From NCBI GenBank assembly GCA_023205875.1, contig CP060756.1, positions 992,001-1,056,000 on the forward strand: a stretch of 64,000 nt of DNA, in the 5' to 3' direction. Source of the DNA: Chloropicon primus (lineage: Eukaryota). Position numbers and translations under genes: made by a program. Position 1 is the first letter of the stretch; every line of letters begins with the position of its first letter. The notes beneath the pieces were generated by a model. That model made no database searches. It was not told the DNA's origin and worked only from the letters and a program-made list of their open reading frames with translations. Shown in pieces: positions 22,387-32,600 of this stretch.

Positions 22387-23862
22387 TTACAATTTGTTAA
22401 AGAAGAGCATGAAAGAGTCTCTCTGGGCTCTCACCTCTTCCCAAGAGCTGGCTCGGACGAAACTGTCGTTGTACAAGTGCCAATCGTCCCCATCGCCTCT
22501 TACGAATGACACGTAGTGCCCAGACTCTGCACCGCCGCGGTGGAAGACTGCCCCGTAGAGTTCAAAGACTGCCCCGGAAGGAGAGATTCCTGGCGTTTGG
22601 GGGGCCAGAGAGGAGGGAGCCAATTCTCTCTCTTCCTCTTCCTTTTCGGGTGTGTTGGCGTTGGCGTTTGTCCGCGCATCCAGGGCTGGAAGGGAGACTG
22701 TTTTGTCCATCGGGTGGTCCAGCGTGTTCTTGTGAAGCTTTCCTGCATCGGTGGAAACGAGCCTTTTCATGTGGACGCACAACACTGTCGGGAACCTCTT
22801 CAGGGTCTGCGTTTTCTCGTGTTTGATGTTGCGACCCTTGCAGGAATCGCAGTCCTTGAATATCTCCTCTGCCGCGAAGTACCTTTCCACGAGCCCCTGA
22901 ACAGAAATCGGGACCTCCTGAGAAGTTGGGAGCGTTACGGATATGTTCTTGAAGGACTCAGCGGAAGAGGACTTGTGCCCACACGAGGAGCAAGTGTAGC
23001 TGTGCTCCACCGATCCCGTGAAGGGGGAGCTGGGGCAGCTCGTGGTCGCCAGCGTCCCCCTGCCCTCCACCTCGCCGCCCTCGTCCAGCCTGGATTGATC
23101 GTCCAGCTTCTCAAGCAGCCTCAGGTAGAACTCGTGAGAGTCCTCCTGCTGCCCACCTCTGAACATGAGGAGTTCAGTTGGGGGGCGCACCGCCTCGCCC
23201 CCATCCTTTCCCTTGATGAGCACGTTGAGGGCCCCCGCCACGCCCTTGCTTCCTCGACAAACTCGCCTCGCGAAGCTCGGCGTGCGGATCAGGACGCTCA
23301 GAACGGCGTTCATGTAGCAGGTCTGGCCGAAGTTCTGCAGGCCGGCTCCCCCCGCACTGCTAGACCGCCTGGCCTCGCTTGCCCTTGCGGCGAGTGCGGC
23401 GCCCAGACTGCGAGCCCTTCCGGGCTCGGGCGTGCTCGGCGGGAGGGGGAGCGCCCGCCTCGCCTTGGAGGGAGAGAAGGACGGGGGCGGCGTCCTCTTG
23501 AACGCGTCGTCCTGGGCGAGCCTTTGCTGCTGCTTCACCGGGGTGGCGCCGGCGCTCCTCCTCTTGCCCGCGACTTTGAAGTGGGAGAGCGGGCTCTTGG
23601 GCGCCGCCTTCGAGGGCGTGTACACCCTCGCGACCTCCTCCACCTTGGGGGCGAAGGACTCCTCCCTCGTCACTAGCTTGCTGAAACTCAGATTCTTCTC
23701 GACGAGGAGGCCATTGTCCGCAGCCTTCGCGTTGGAGGGCGGCGTGGCGCCGAAGAGGGAAGGCACCTTCGGACCCTTCTTCTTCGGCGTTGGACCCGCG
23801 ACCCCGCCCCCGCGCGTCGCCGCTAGCACAGCCAGGCGACCTCGTTTGCTTCCGACCACCAT
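22387..23862 (-). CDS. Ubiquitin-specific protease (peptidase C19)
   Basis: Cys box GLQNFGQTCYMNAVL, QQEDSHEF, CxxC pairs, His box HRGGAESGHYVS and NDS. Confidence 0.92.
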   Translation of the reverse strand: MVVGSKRGRLAVLAATRGGGVAGPTPKKKGPKVPSLFGATPPSNAKAADNGLLVEKNLSFSKLVTREESFAPKVEEVARVYTPSKAAPKSPLSHFKVAGKRRSAGATPVKQQQRLAQDDAFKRTPPPSFSPSKARRALPLPPSTPEPGRARSLGAALAARASEARRSSSAGGAGLQNFGQTCYMNAVLSVLIRTPSFARRVCRGSKGVAGALNVLIKGKDGGEAVRPPTELLMFRGGQQEDSHEFYLRLLEKLDDQSRLDEGGEVEGRGTLATTSCPSSPFTGSVEHSYTCSSCGHKSSSAESFKNISVTLPTSQEVPISVQGLVERYFAAEEIFKDCDSCKGRNIKHEKTQTLKRFPTVLCVHMKRLVSTDAGKLHKNTLDHPMDKTVSLPALDARTNANANTPEKEEEERELAPSSLAPQTPGISPSGAVFELYGAVFHRGGAESGHYVSFVRGDGDDWHLYNDSFVRASSWEEVRAQRDSFMLFFNKL

Positions 23863-24258
23863 CTTTCTTGCTTCGTCGCGACGACAGACGACAGATGGCG
23901 GGCGAATTGCGCGGGAATCCTCCTCACTCAAGGCCGAGGAGCCGAGGAGCCAAGGAGCGTTACGGTGCGGAGGGGGAGACGGAGACTGGACTGGATGGCT
24001 TGGGCGGACGGAGGGTTCGAGGCCGATGATGGAGCACCGTCCACCCTGCAGGCCACGGCACTTGGGGCTTCTCCCGCTGCGATGACATTCCGGGACGTTG
24101 CCGTCGTCGTCGACGACGAAGACCGCTCTTGGCCGGCTTCCGCTTCTCCCGAGGGGGGAGGAGGTTGGCGAAGAAAGGAAGAGTCTAAGTCTTGCGTTGG
24201 ACTTGTACAGGTTGAGACCTGATTTATTAAAAGAAAAAAGCAAAGCCTTGCTGGGACC

Positions 24259-24936
24259 TCAGCAGCTGACCGAGCAACCGGCGAGCGCCTCGTAGATGAC
24301 GGCCCTGACGAATTCCGGCGCCTGCTGGACCGCCTCCTGGACGAAACCCCCGTGGCAGTTGCAGCCGTAGAGCGGGCCGCCCTTCCCCAGCTGACGCCTC
24401 ACCGCCCCACAACACTTGTCGCTCACGCTGCCCGCGCAGGACATGATGTCAGGGTCGCTCGAGATGCTCGGAAGGAGGCTCCTGCCCTTCGTCTCGCACT
24501 CCTCCCTGGTCAGGCGCTTGGGGCCCTGGATGCTCTGCGAGGACCCCCCCGTAGTCGTCGGACCGCTGAACGCGGGGCTGCGAAACGTCCTCGGACCGCT
24601 GAACGCGGGGCTGCGAGACGCCCTCGGACCGCTGAACGCGGGGCTGCGAGACGCCCTCGGACCGCTGAACGCGGGGCTGCGAGACGCCCTCGGACCGCTG
24701 AACGCGGGGCTGCGAGACGCCCTCGGACCGCTGAACGCGGGGCTGCGAGACGCCCTCGGACCGCTGAACACGGGGCTGCGAGGCGCCCCCGGACCGCTGA
24801 ACGCGGGGCTGCGAAACACCCTGCTCATTGCCCTGCTCAGTGCCCTGTTCGTGTTCGCCTCGCACTCGGGCAGAGCCAAGAGGAGAGCGCAAACCAGCGC
24901 CGCAAGGACCGCAACCTTACAAGCCCTCGTGTACAT
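24259..24936 (-). CDS. Secreted protein: signal peptide, 8 x 11-aa repeat (RSPAFSGPRAS) and C-terminal 8-cysteine motif domain (copy 1)
   Basis: Hydrophobic N-terminus VAVLAALVCALLLALPECEA; C-X19-C-X7-CC-X15-CXC-X26-C-X3-C at the C-terminus. Confidence 0.8.
   Translation of the reverse strand: MYTRACKVAVLAALVCALLLALPECEANTNRALSRAMSRVFRSPAFSGPGAPRSPVFSGPRASRSPAFSGPRASRSPAFSGPRASRSPAFSGPRASRSPAFSGPRASRSPAFSGPRTFRSPAFSGPTTTGGSSQSIQGPKRLTREECETKGRSLLPSISSDPDIMSCAGSVSDKCCGAVRRQLGKGGPLYGCNCHGGFVQEAVQQAPEFVRAVIYEALAGCSVSC
24560..24817. repeat. Coding minisatellite, 8 x 33 bp
   Basis: ggaccgctgaacgcggggctgcgagacgccctc unit starts at 24560, 24593 ... 24791. Confidence 0.95.
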
Positions 24937-25003
24937 CTTCGTCGTGTTCGCGCACTCGTCCTCGCCCGTGGCTCTCGCCCTCTCTCTCTCTCTCTCCCTC
25001 TCT

Positions 25004-25241
25004 CTCCAACCCTCGCCCCACCATTACTCGATGTGTTCTCCAACCCTCGCCCCACAGTTACTCGATGTGTTCTCCAACCCTCGCCCCACAGTTACTCGAT
25101 GTGTTCTCCAACCCTCGCCCCACAGTTACTCGATGTGTTCTCCAACCCTCGCCCCACAGTTACTCGATGTGTTCTCCAACCCTCGCCCCACCGTTACTCG
25201 ATGTGTTCTCCAACCCTCGCCCCACAGTTACTCGATGTGTT
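25004..25241. repeat. Non-coding minisatellite, 7 x 34 bp (ctccaaccctcgccccacagttactcgatgtgtt)
   Basis: Head-to-tail units at 25004, 25038, 25072, 25106, 25140, 25174 and 25208; no spacers. Confidence 0.95.
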
Positions 25242-25386
25242 TGGGGCCATCAACGTCGTCCTCTCGTTTTATGCCGAAGAGGGAAGGCACCTTCGGACCC
25301 TCCTTCTTCGGCGTTGGACCCGCGACCCCGCCCCCGCGCGTCGCCGCTAGCACAGCCAGGCGACCTCGTTTGCTTCCGACCACCAT
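25228..25386 (-). pseudogene. Truncated duplicate of the 5' end of the USP gene (about 38 codons, then reading across the duplication junction to a stop)
   Basis: MVVGSKRGRLAVLAATRGGGVAGPTPKKEGPKVPSLFG matches the USP N-terminus with one K>E change, followed by unrelated IKREDDVDGPKHIE*. Confidence 0.8.
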
Positions 25387-25782
25387 CTTTCTTGCTTCGT
25401 CGCGACGACAGACGACAGATGGCGGGCGAATTGCGCGGGAATCCTCCTCACTCAAGGCCGAGGAGCCGAGGAGCCAAGGAGCGTTACGGTGCGGAGGGGG
25501 AGACGGAGACTGGACTGGATGGCTTGGGCGGACGGAGGGTTCGAGGCCGATGATGGAGCACCGTCCACCCTGCAGGCCACGGCACTTGGGGCTTCTCCCG
25601 CTGCGATGACATTCCGGGACGTTGCCGTCGTCGTCGACGACGAAGACCGCTCTTGGCCGGCTTCCGCTTCTCCCGAGGGGGGAGGAGGTTGGCGAAGAAA
25701 GGAAGAGTCTAAGTCTTGCGTTGGACTTGTACAGGTTGAGACCTGATTTATTAAAAGAAAAAAGCAAAGCCTTGCTGGGACC

Positions 25783-26217
25783 TCAGCAGCTGACCGAGCA
25801 ACCGGCGAGCGCCTCGTAGATGACGGCCCTGACGAATTCCGGCGCCTGCTGGACCGCCTCCTGGACGAAACCCCCGTGGCAGTTGCAGCCGTAGAGCGGG
25901 CCGCCCTTCCCCAGCTGACGCCTCACCGCCCCACAACACTTGTCGCTCACGCTGCCCGCGCAGGACATGATGTCAGGGTCGCTCGAGATGCTCGGAAGGA
26001 GGCTCCTGCCCTTCGTCTCGCACTCCTCCCTGGTCAGGCGCTTGGGGCCCTGGATGCTCTGCGAGGACCCCCCCGTAGTCGTCGGACCGCTGAACGCGGG
26101 GCTGCGAAACGCCTTTCTCAGTGCCCTGTTCGTGTTCGCCTCGCACTCGGGCAGAGCCAAGAGGAGAGCGCAAACCAGCGCCGCAAGGACCGCAACCTTA
26201 CAAGCCCTCGTGTACAT
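25783..26217 (-). CDS. Secreted 8-cysteine motif protein, copy 2 (single RSPAFSGP unit, 144 aa)
   Basis: Same signal peptide and Cys domain as 24259..24936. Confidence 0.8.
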   Translation of the reverse strand: MYTRACKVAVLAALVCALLLALPECEANTNRALRKAFRSPAFSGPTTTGGSSQSIQGPKRLTREECETKGRSLLPSISSDPDIMSCAGSVSDKCCGAVRRQLGKGGPLYGCNCHGGFVQEAVQQAPEFVRAVIYEALAGCSVSC

Positions 26218-26537
26218 CTTCGTCGTGTTCGCGCACTCGTCCTCGTCCGTGGCTCTCGCCCTCCCTCCTCTCTCTCTCTCTCTCTCTCTCTCCCTCTCTC
26301 TCAAACCCTCGCCCGACCGTTACTCGTTGTGTTCGGGGCCATCAACATCGTCCTCTCGTTTTATGGAAATGCAGTGCAGTGGTTTCAAGCCGGCATTGAG
26401 GTTAGGCGGCTCGGAGACGAAAGAGAGAGCAAGGGGAGAATTCGATTTTCGTTTTGTTTTGTTATATAAAATAAGGGCGTCGTTCGTTCGTTTCTTTGTT
26501 ACACAAGTCAAGTCTTCTCCTCCTCTTCGGTCAACCA

Positions 26538-27468
26538 TCAGCTGTCGCTCCCGGTTCTCCCGCGGGCCGCCTTGGCCCGCTGCGACATCTTGCTCCACGC
26601 CAGGTACAGGGAGCACCCCAGGGAGAGCGTGGCAACCGTGGTCGCCGAGGTTCGGATGGGGAGGTACCAGTTCGGGAGGAGGTTGCGCTTCACCGCGGCT
26701 CGGTCGACCGCGTAGCAGGAGAGGAGTGAACCGATCATGCCGCTGTAGCACCACACTTCAAGGCCGGCAAGAAAATCCATTCATTTTTTGAGAAGAAGGA
26801 CAGGGCAGGCAGGCAGGGAGGGAAGAGGGGGTTGGCGCGTCAGTTTTCCTGCGGACTCGCTCGCTCCCCCCGAGTACTCACCTTCTGGAAGCGCCAAACT
26901 CCCCCAAGCGAGCAGGGAGGGCGAGACGCCCCACAGGTACCTCAAGCTCACAAACCGGGCGGGGGAGCCTCCGACCGGGGGCTGAGCGAGGGCCGTGCCC
27001 CAGTGCACCGCCCCCAAGAAGCTCACGATCGTCGCCGCGTAAGTCCTCTGCAGCTCGGAGCTCCTCGCGAGGACGCACTCCAAACCGGGCACCTGCTTGA
27101 GCTCCTCGACGCCTCCCAGGGCCTCCGCTCCAATGGGAGTAAGCGCGGCGAACGGTATCATTCCCGCCACGGCCAGGGCCCAAGGCAGGACTGCGTGTTG
27201 CAGCACAGGTCGAAACGAGGACACGTCAGTCACCGAGTACCCAACGAGTCGCAGACGGCTCTCCAACCATCATCCAACCATCATCCAACCATCCCCCCTC
27301 TCTCTCTCTCTTACCTCCTCCTCCTCTCGCCGGCTTCGCCGCGCTCTCGCTTCCCACTTGCTGTGCCGTCGACGAGGTCGACGAGGTGGTCAAGGTCCTC
27401 ACACCCGACCCTCCCGTCGCCCCCTTCCTCCACTCCAACGCCGCCCTCAGGGCCACCCTGCAAGCCAT
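26538..27468 (-). CDS. DUF3429/TMEM69-like membrane protein with an organellar presequence (3 exons: ~27468-27315, 27190-26882, ~26756-26538)
   Basis: LAVAGMIPF, YAATIVSFLGAVHWG, Y.WGVSPSLLAW and LPNWYLPIR..AT are TMEM69/DUF3429-type motifs. Confidence 0.8.
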
Positions 27469-27622
27469 GCCTTCAACCTCTTCTCCTCCGGCTTGGCGCC
27501 CAAAATTCCATCCGAAGAAGCAGAAACCGACTTCGTCTGTTGTCGTCGACGGAGGAGTTTAACGGCTGGTCTAGGGTTGAAGAGCGGAGTCCAAGCGAGA
27601 CAGAGAGCGTGGGAGAGGGACG

Positions 27623-28672
27623 ATGAGCGGGTATCCTGGGTACCAGGGGAACCAGGTCGGGGGCGGCGACTTGGAGATGGGTCAGCCTGGAATGGCCGAT
27701 GCGCGTTTCGGGCAGGGGGCAGCCTACTACGGAGGTGGGGGGTCGCAGTACGGGGGGCAGCAGCAGCAAGGGTATTACGGCGGCGGTAAGCCTGGAAAGC
27801 AGCAGCAGCACCAGGCCCAGTACGCCGGGTACGGGGGGCAGCAGGCCGCAGGGGGGTACGCCCCCCCTCAAGTCCAGCAGCCGCCTCCGCCTCCGCCCGG
27901 GCCTTCGCAATATATTCAGGACATGGACCTCGCGGTGCGCCACGGGTTCATCAGGAAGGTGTACGGGATACTCTTCGTGCAGCTCCTTCTGACGTTCGGG
28001 CTCGTCGCCGTGTTCTCTTACATCCCCGCGGTCCAGAGCTACGCCATGAACAACTCCTGGCTCATGGGTGTGTCCATCGCCGCAGTCTTCGCCATTCTCA
28101 TCGCGATGACGTGCTGCCCGGGCCGGCTCATGTACAAGTCCCCGCTGAACATGATACTCCTGATGGTGTTCAGCGTCTTCTTCGGCGTGGCCCTCGGAGT
28201 CATCGGGGCCTCGTACGCCTGCGATGAGATGAAGTACGACCTCCAGCAAGGCTTGTACGTTTGCGTGAACAACCCGGACGCCCCGGCGGTGAACGGGAGG
28301 ATGTCGGTCTTGCTGGCCATGGCGATCACCATCGCGGTCGTCGTGCTCCTCTCCGTCTTCGCCTGCCAGACCAGGTACGACTTCACGGGGTCCGGACCCT
28401 ACCTTATGGCAGCCCTGCTCATCTTCATCGTCTTCTTCATGATCGCCGGGATTTGGCTGCGGTTCAACAAGGTCTACAACTTGGTCTACGCCTGCATTGG
28501 AGTCTTGCTATTCTCGGCCCTCCTGATTTGGAACACCCAGATGATAGTGGGCGGGAAGAATCGAAAGTACTCCCTCGGACCCGACGAGTACGTCGCGGGC
28601 GCACTCAGCCTCTATCTCGACATCATCAACATCTTCCTGTTCATCCTGTCCATCATCGGCCTCAGCCGTTGA
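27623..28672 (+). CDS. Bax inhibitor-1 family, Lifeguard/GRINA-like protein
   Basis: G/Y/Q/P-rich N-terminus; RHGFIRKVYGILFVQLLLT, QTRYDFT, TQMIVGG and DEYVAGALSLYLDIINIFLFIL. Confidence 0.93.
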   Translation: MSGYPGYQGNQVGGGDLEMGQPGMADARFGQGAAYYGGGGSQYGGQQQQGYYGGGKPGKQQQHQAQYAGYGGQQAAGGYAPPQVQQPPPPPPGPSQYIQDMDLAVRHGFIRKVYGILFVQLLLTFGLVAVFSYIPAVQSYAMNNSWLMGVSIAAVFAILIAMTCCPGRLMYKSPLNMILLMVFSVFFGVALGVIGASYACDEMKYDLQQGLYVCVNNPDAPAVNGRMSVLLAMAITIAVVVLLSVFACQTRYDFTGSGPYLMAALLIFIVFFMIAGIWLRFNKVYNLVYACIGVLLFSALLIWNTQMIVGGKNRKYSLGPDEYVAGALSLYLDIINIFLFILSIIGLSR

Positions 28673-28726
28673 GAGGCATCTTTCCACGAGCCGAACTGTA
28701 GCTTTAATACAACGCTCACAATGCTT

Positions 28727-29005
28727 TTAGCTTTGGCCCTTGCCCCGCAGGCCGTACTGCACCGAGACGACCCCGAGGGACGTAACCACCACGCTTGCCA
28801 TCACGACCCCGGCGACGGTTATCGCTTGCAGCACCAGGAAGCGATCGATGGGGAAGAACACCTTGTCGAGGAAACCGCCCGAGTCCTCCTCCAGAAGCGG
28901 CACCACGATGATCCACAGCGTGAAGTAGGCGAACAGACCGCTGACCACCACCAGCAGCGCCCACCCCAGTTCGTTCCTCCTGTCCCTATAATTACACGTC
29001 GCCAT
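28727..29005 (-). CDS. DPM2: Dolichol-phosphate mannose synthase regulatory subunit DPM2-like
   Basis: 92 aa with 2 TM segments; LG..LL.....LF.YFT.W.I..P and a downstream FFP motif. Confidence 0.7.
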   Translation of the reverse strand: MATCNYRDRRNELGWALLVVVSGLFAYFTLWIIVVPLLEEDSGGFLDKVFFPIDRFLVLQAITVAGVVMASVVVTSLGVVSVQYGLRGKGQS

Positions 29006-29050
29006 CCGTGTCGGTCGTGTCCTCGCTCGCTCCCGATTCTCCCCTGGCGC

Positions 29051-29377
29051 CTAGTACCCCTTCTTCCCCTGGATCCTCGTTCTCATGTTCACCTGGCCCC
29101 TCTTGCATTCGCTGTACGTGTACCTCAGAGCACTGCACTCCTCCGCTCGCTTCACGCACTCCTCGATCGACAGCATGTCCTCCTTCAAGAAGTTGAGTCG
29201 GCGAAGAGAAGTTCAGCTCAGTTCAGTTCCGCTCCCTTCCTTGGACCAGCACCAAGTCGCGCACGAGGGGGCACTTTCCGCCCAGGCCTCTCGTTCCCAA
29301 CCCCTTACCTGTATGCACTTGGAGTCCGCTATGCATTTGGCGAGGTCCTTCATCACACCCTCGCAAGCCTTCGGCAT
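29051..29377 (-). CDS. COA5: Cytochrome c oxidase assembly factor PET191/COA5 (exons 29377-29309, 29182-29051)
   Basis: Spliced MPKACEGVMKDLAKCIADSKCIQ|EDMLSIEECV...ECSALRYTYSECKRGQVNMRTRIQGKKGY matches the Pet191 twin-CX9C pattern. Confidence 0.88.
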
Positions 29378-29687
29378 CCTTCCTTTCCTCTGCTGAGGCG
29401 AGAACAAGTCGCAAGTGCAAAGGGCCAAAGCTTGACCTCCTCAATTGAAAGACCGTGCACCGCGCTTTCGTTCTATCGCCTCCCCCGCCCGTCCCCCGTC
29501 GTTACTGTCCTCTTTCGGATAACTTTTTTCGAGGAGTGGGGAAGAGAGGAGGGGGGAAGAGGTGGTGCGAAAGGGAGAGCGAGTCGTAGCCGAGCCACGC
29601 GTGGCGTCCGGAGCGGTCCAAAGTGTGCGGCCTGTGCTCACACTTTCGCAGCTCGTGGGTCACACGAGAAGAGAATTAGGAACGGTG

Positions 29688-32600
29688 ATGATGGTGGAGG
29701 TAGGGAGGGTGGGCTCGAGGCGGTGTGGCTCGAGCCTCTGTGGGTGGACGCGGGAGTGGCGGGTGGTCCGCAGTCGGAGGAGGGCCGGGAAGGAACGGAG
29801 TTTGGTGTGCTTGGAGGATGCCAGGGGGCGGAATGAGGCGGTCACACGAACGCGAGTCCTGGGGAATGAGAGTGTGGCTGGCACAGGGGCTGTGGATACT
29901 GCGGGAACCACTGGCGACTGGGACTTTTTTGGCTTCGAGCTGGACGAATTCCAAACGGAAGCGGCTCAAACCATCGAGGAGGGGGGCTCGGTCCTCGTGA
30001 CTGCGCCGACTGGGGCCGGCAAGACAGCGATTGCGGAGATAGGAGTGAGGTCTGCTTTGGATTGCGGGAGGAGAGCAATCTACACCACGCCGATTAAGGC
30101 GCTCTCGAACCAAAAGTACTCCGAGCTTTGCGAGAAGTTCGGGAACTCGGTCGGACTGATCACAGGCGACGCGAAAATCCGTCCCGACGCGGACATCCTG
30201 GTGATGACCACAGAGATTCTGCGAAACATCTTGTACTGCGAGCTCAACAGAGGGTCTCCTGATGGGAAAGACAATACGCGGCTGGACTTTTCTAGGGTGC
30301 AGGTGATTGTTTTGGACGAAGTTCACTACCTGGGCGATGAGGAGAGGGGGACAGTCTGGGAAGAAGTTATCATCTACTGCGGAAGCGAGCACTTGAGGCA
30401 CATCCAGATGATTAGCCTCAGTGCGACCTTAAGCAATGCGAATGAAATCTGTTCCTGGATGAAACAGACAAGGAAGCAGCCAACCGCTCTGGTGTCTTGC
30501 GACTCGCGCCCGGTGCCCCTCACGCTGCACTGGACGCTCTACAACGCAGGGAAGGAGAGGACAGAGCTGGAAGCGGTGTATAGCATTGACGATAGTGGGA
30601 ATAAGGTCGTCGCGAGCAGGTACATGAAGTCCCTCGCGGGGCTCAAGGAGCCGGCCCCCGATTTCAAGACGATGCTCATGATCCTGAAGCAGAAAAAGAT
30701 GCTTCCGGCAATCTGGTTCATATTCAAGAGGAGCTCCTGCGACTTTGCTGCGAGGCGGGCGTACAAGGTCCTCCGAAACTCGAACATCCTGAACAAGAGG
30801 GAGAGGACCGAGCTGTTCCACATGATGTCCGCAATTCAGGACGACCACCCAGAGTCAGTCAAGGACGATCTGGTGAAACCGTTCCTCTGTGGAATCGCCA
30901 GCCACCACGCCGGCCTTCTTCCGGCTTGGAAGACTTTGGTCGAGCAAGCTTTCCGGAAGGGGTTGATCAAACTCGTTTTCGCGACCCACACGCTCGCGCT
31001 CGGGATCAACATGCCAGCGAAGACGGTCGTGATCTCAGACCTGGAGAAGAGGAGAGGGCCGTACGGCCGGGGGGTCTTGACTCACAACGAAATCTTTCAG
31101 CTGGCGGGCCGGGCCGGGAGGAGGGGGTTCGATTCCACTGGCAACTGCATTCTGATGAATTCCCCAAACGTGTCCCTCTCCCGCGTCCTGCGGAACCTGA
31201 CTGGCGGTCCGCAGCCCATTGACTCTTCGTTCCACCCTGGGTACGGCATGGTCCTTAACCTCATCAACTCCCTCGGCATTGAGAGTGCGAGGAATATGTT
31301 GCGGAGCAGCTTCAAGAACTTTCAGTGCCAGCTTAAGGCGGACAGCGTGATGGCACCCTCGGAGACGCAAAATGACGAGGTCGACTTGACCTCTCCGGAG
31401 ATGAACAAGCTGCAGCAGAAGCGGGAGGTGCAGAGATACACGTTGCAGATGCTCCTGGAGCAGACCCTCGCCGCGCGCGGCGCATTCGTCGAAAGCTTTT
31501 ACGAGGGACAGGACCAGCTTCCCTGCCTCGTCGCGATAGATCAAGGCGGCAAGAACATTGGCCAGGGAGACGGCTCGAACCTGATTTTGAGCGTGCTCTT
31601 CCAGATTGAGCTGGGGGGGGACTCGAAACGCTTCTTGTGCCTGGGGGACAAGTCTGTTTTCAGGGTGAAGTCCAAGGAGATCGCCGCGGTGGGCGAAAAG
31701 ATTGACGGAAGCAACGGAGACTTGCTGGAGCTCGTGAAGAGGGCCCGCGAGCTCGATCTCGATTCGCTGGCTTGGAAAGAAGGGCACGGCGGGAGCGGAT
31801 TTTCGTCTGCTCTGCACCACGAGCGGGTTTTGGATCTCCTTCAGAGTAACCAGAAGGAGCAGCTCGCATTCGTTGGGGTCGACTCTGAGACTGAGCGGCA
31901 CATTTACCGGGAGAGGGCCAAGCTCTCGGCCATCCAGGGGGAGCTCCGTGCCCTGGAGGACGCGGACTTGCACAGGGAGGACGCCGGAATCGATGAGAGC
32001 TACGGGGAGATCAAAGCGTGGCTGGGCCAAGGGGGTCAGAAGTTCGCCGAGAGGTTCCGGGTCGAAGAGGTGAAGGGCGAGCTGGTGTCAAGGTACTTGA
32101 TCGAGGACAGGATGACCTCCGCCGTGATCGAGGGGGAGGACGTGTCCCTTCCGAGGGCGAGGAGGAGCTGCCACGAGAGGATGCTGGGCCTTCTGAAGAA
32201 CTCGGAGGCGTACGAGCGTGTCGTGAAGGAATTCGATGCGAGGGTGAGGGTGCTGTGCGAGATGGATGCCCTGGACGCTGCGAGTATGGAGCTCAAGCCC
32301 CTGGGAAGGGTCGCGGCCCAGCTCAAGGCCGAGAACGAGTTGTGGTTCGCCATCTGCGCGACGTCTCCCGAGATCTACATGCTCTCCTCGAAGGAGCTCG
32401 CCGGGTTTATGTGCGCCCTCATCACGAGGGAGTCCCTCCGCCTCCACAACCACGTCGAGTGCAGCCTGCCGGCGACGGACAGGGTGTACGCCAGCCTGGA
32501 GAGGCTTCAGCCCCAGTGGGAGAAGCTGGTTGACGTCCAGATCGCCAGCGGGGTGGACGAGGCCCCCTTCATCGACGCCCGCCTGTCCGGCCTGGCCGAG

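Larger units (their letters stand above)
23749..26365. repeat. Recent tandem segmental duplication (copy 1 ~23749-25272, copy 2 ~25273-26365)
   Basis: Near-identical sequence at a 1524-bp offset (e.g. 24259 vs 25783); junction ...ctctcgttttat|gccgaagaggg; copy 2 is shorter because it lacks two repeat expansions. Confidence 0.95.

Noticed and set aside
23863..24243. N-terminal extension of the USP ORF shown in the ORF track
   Set aside because: It starts at a non-ATG codon and has UTR-like composition; the ATG at 23862 is the more plausible start
25004..25241. 34-bp direct repeats as a CRISPR array
   Set aside because: The units are head-to-tail with no unique spacers, there are no cas genes, and the context is eukaryotic; it is a minisatellite
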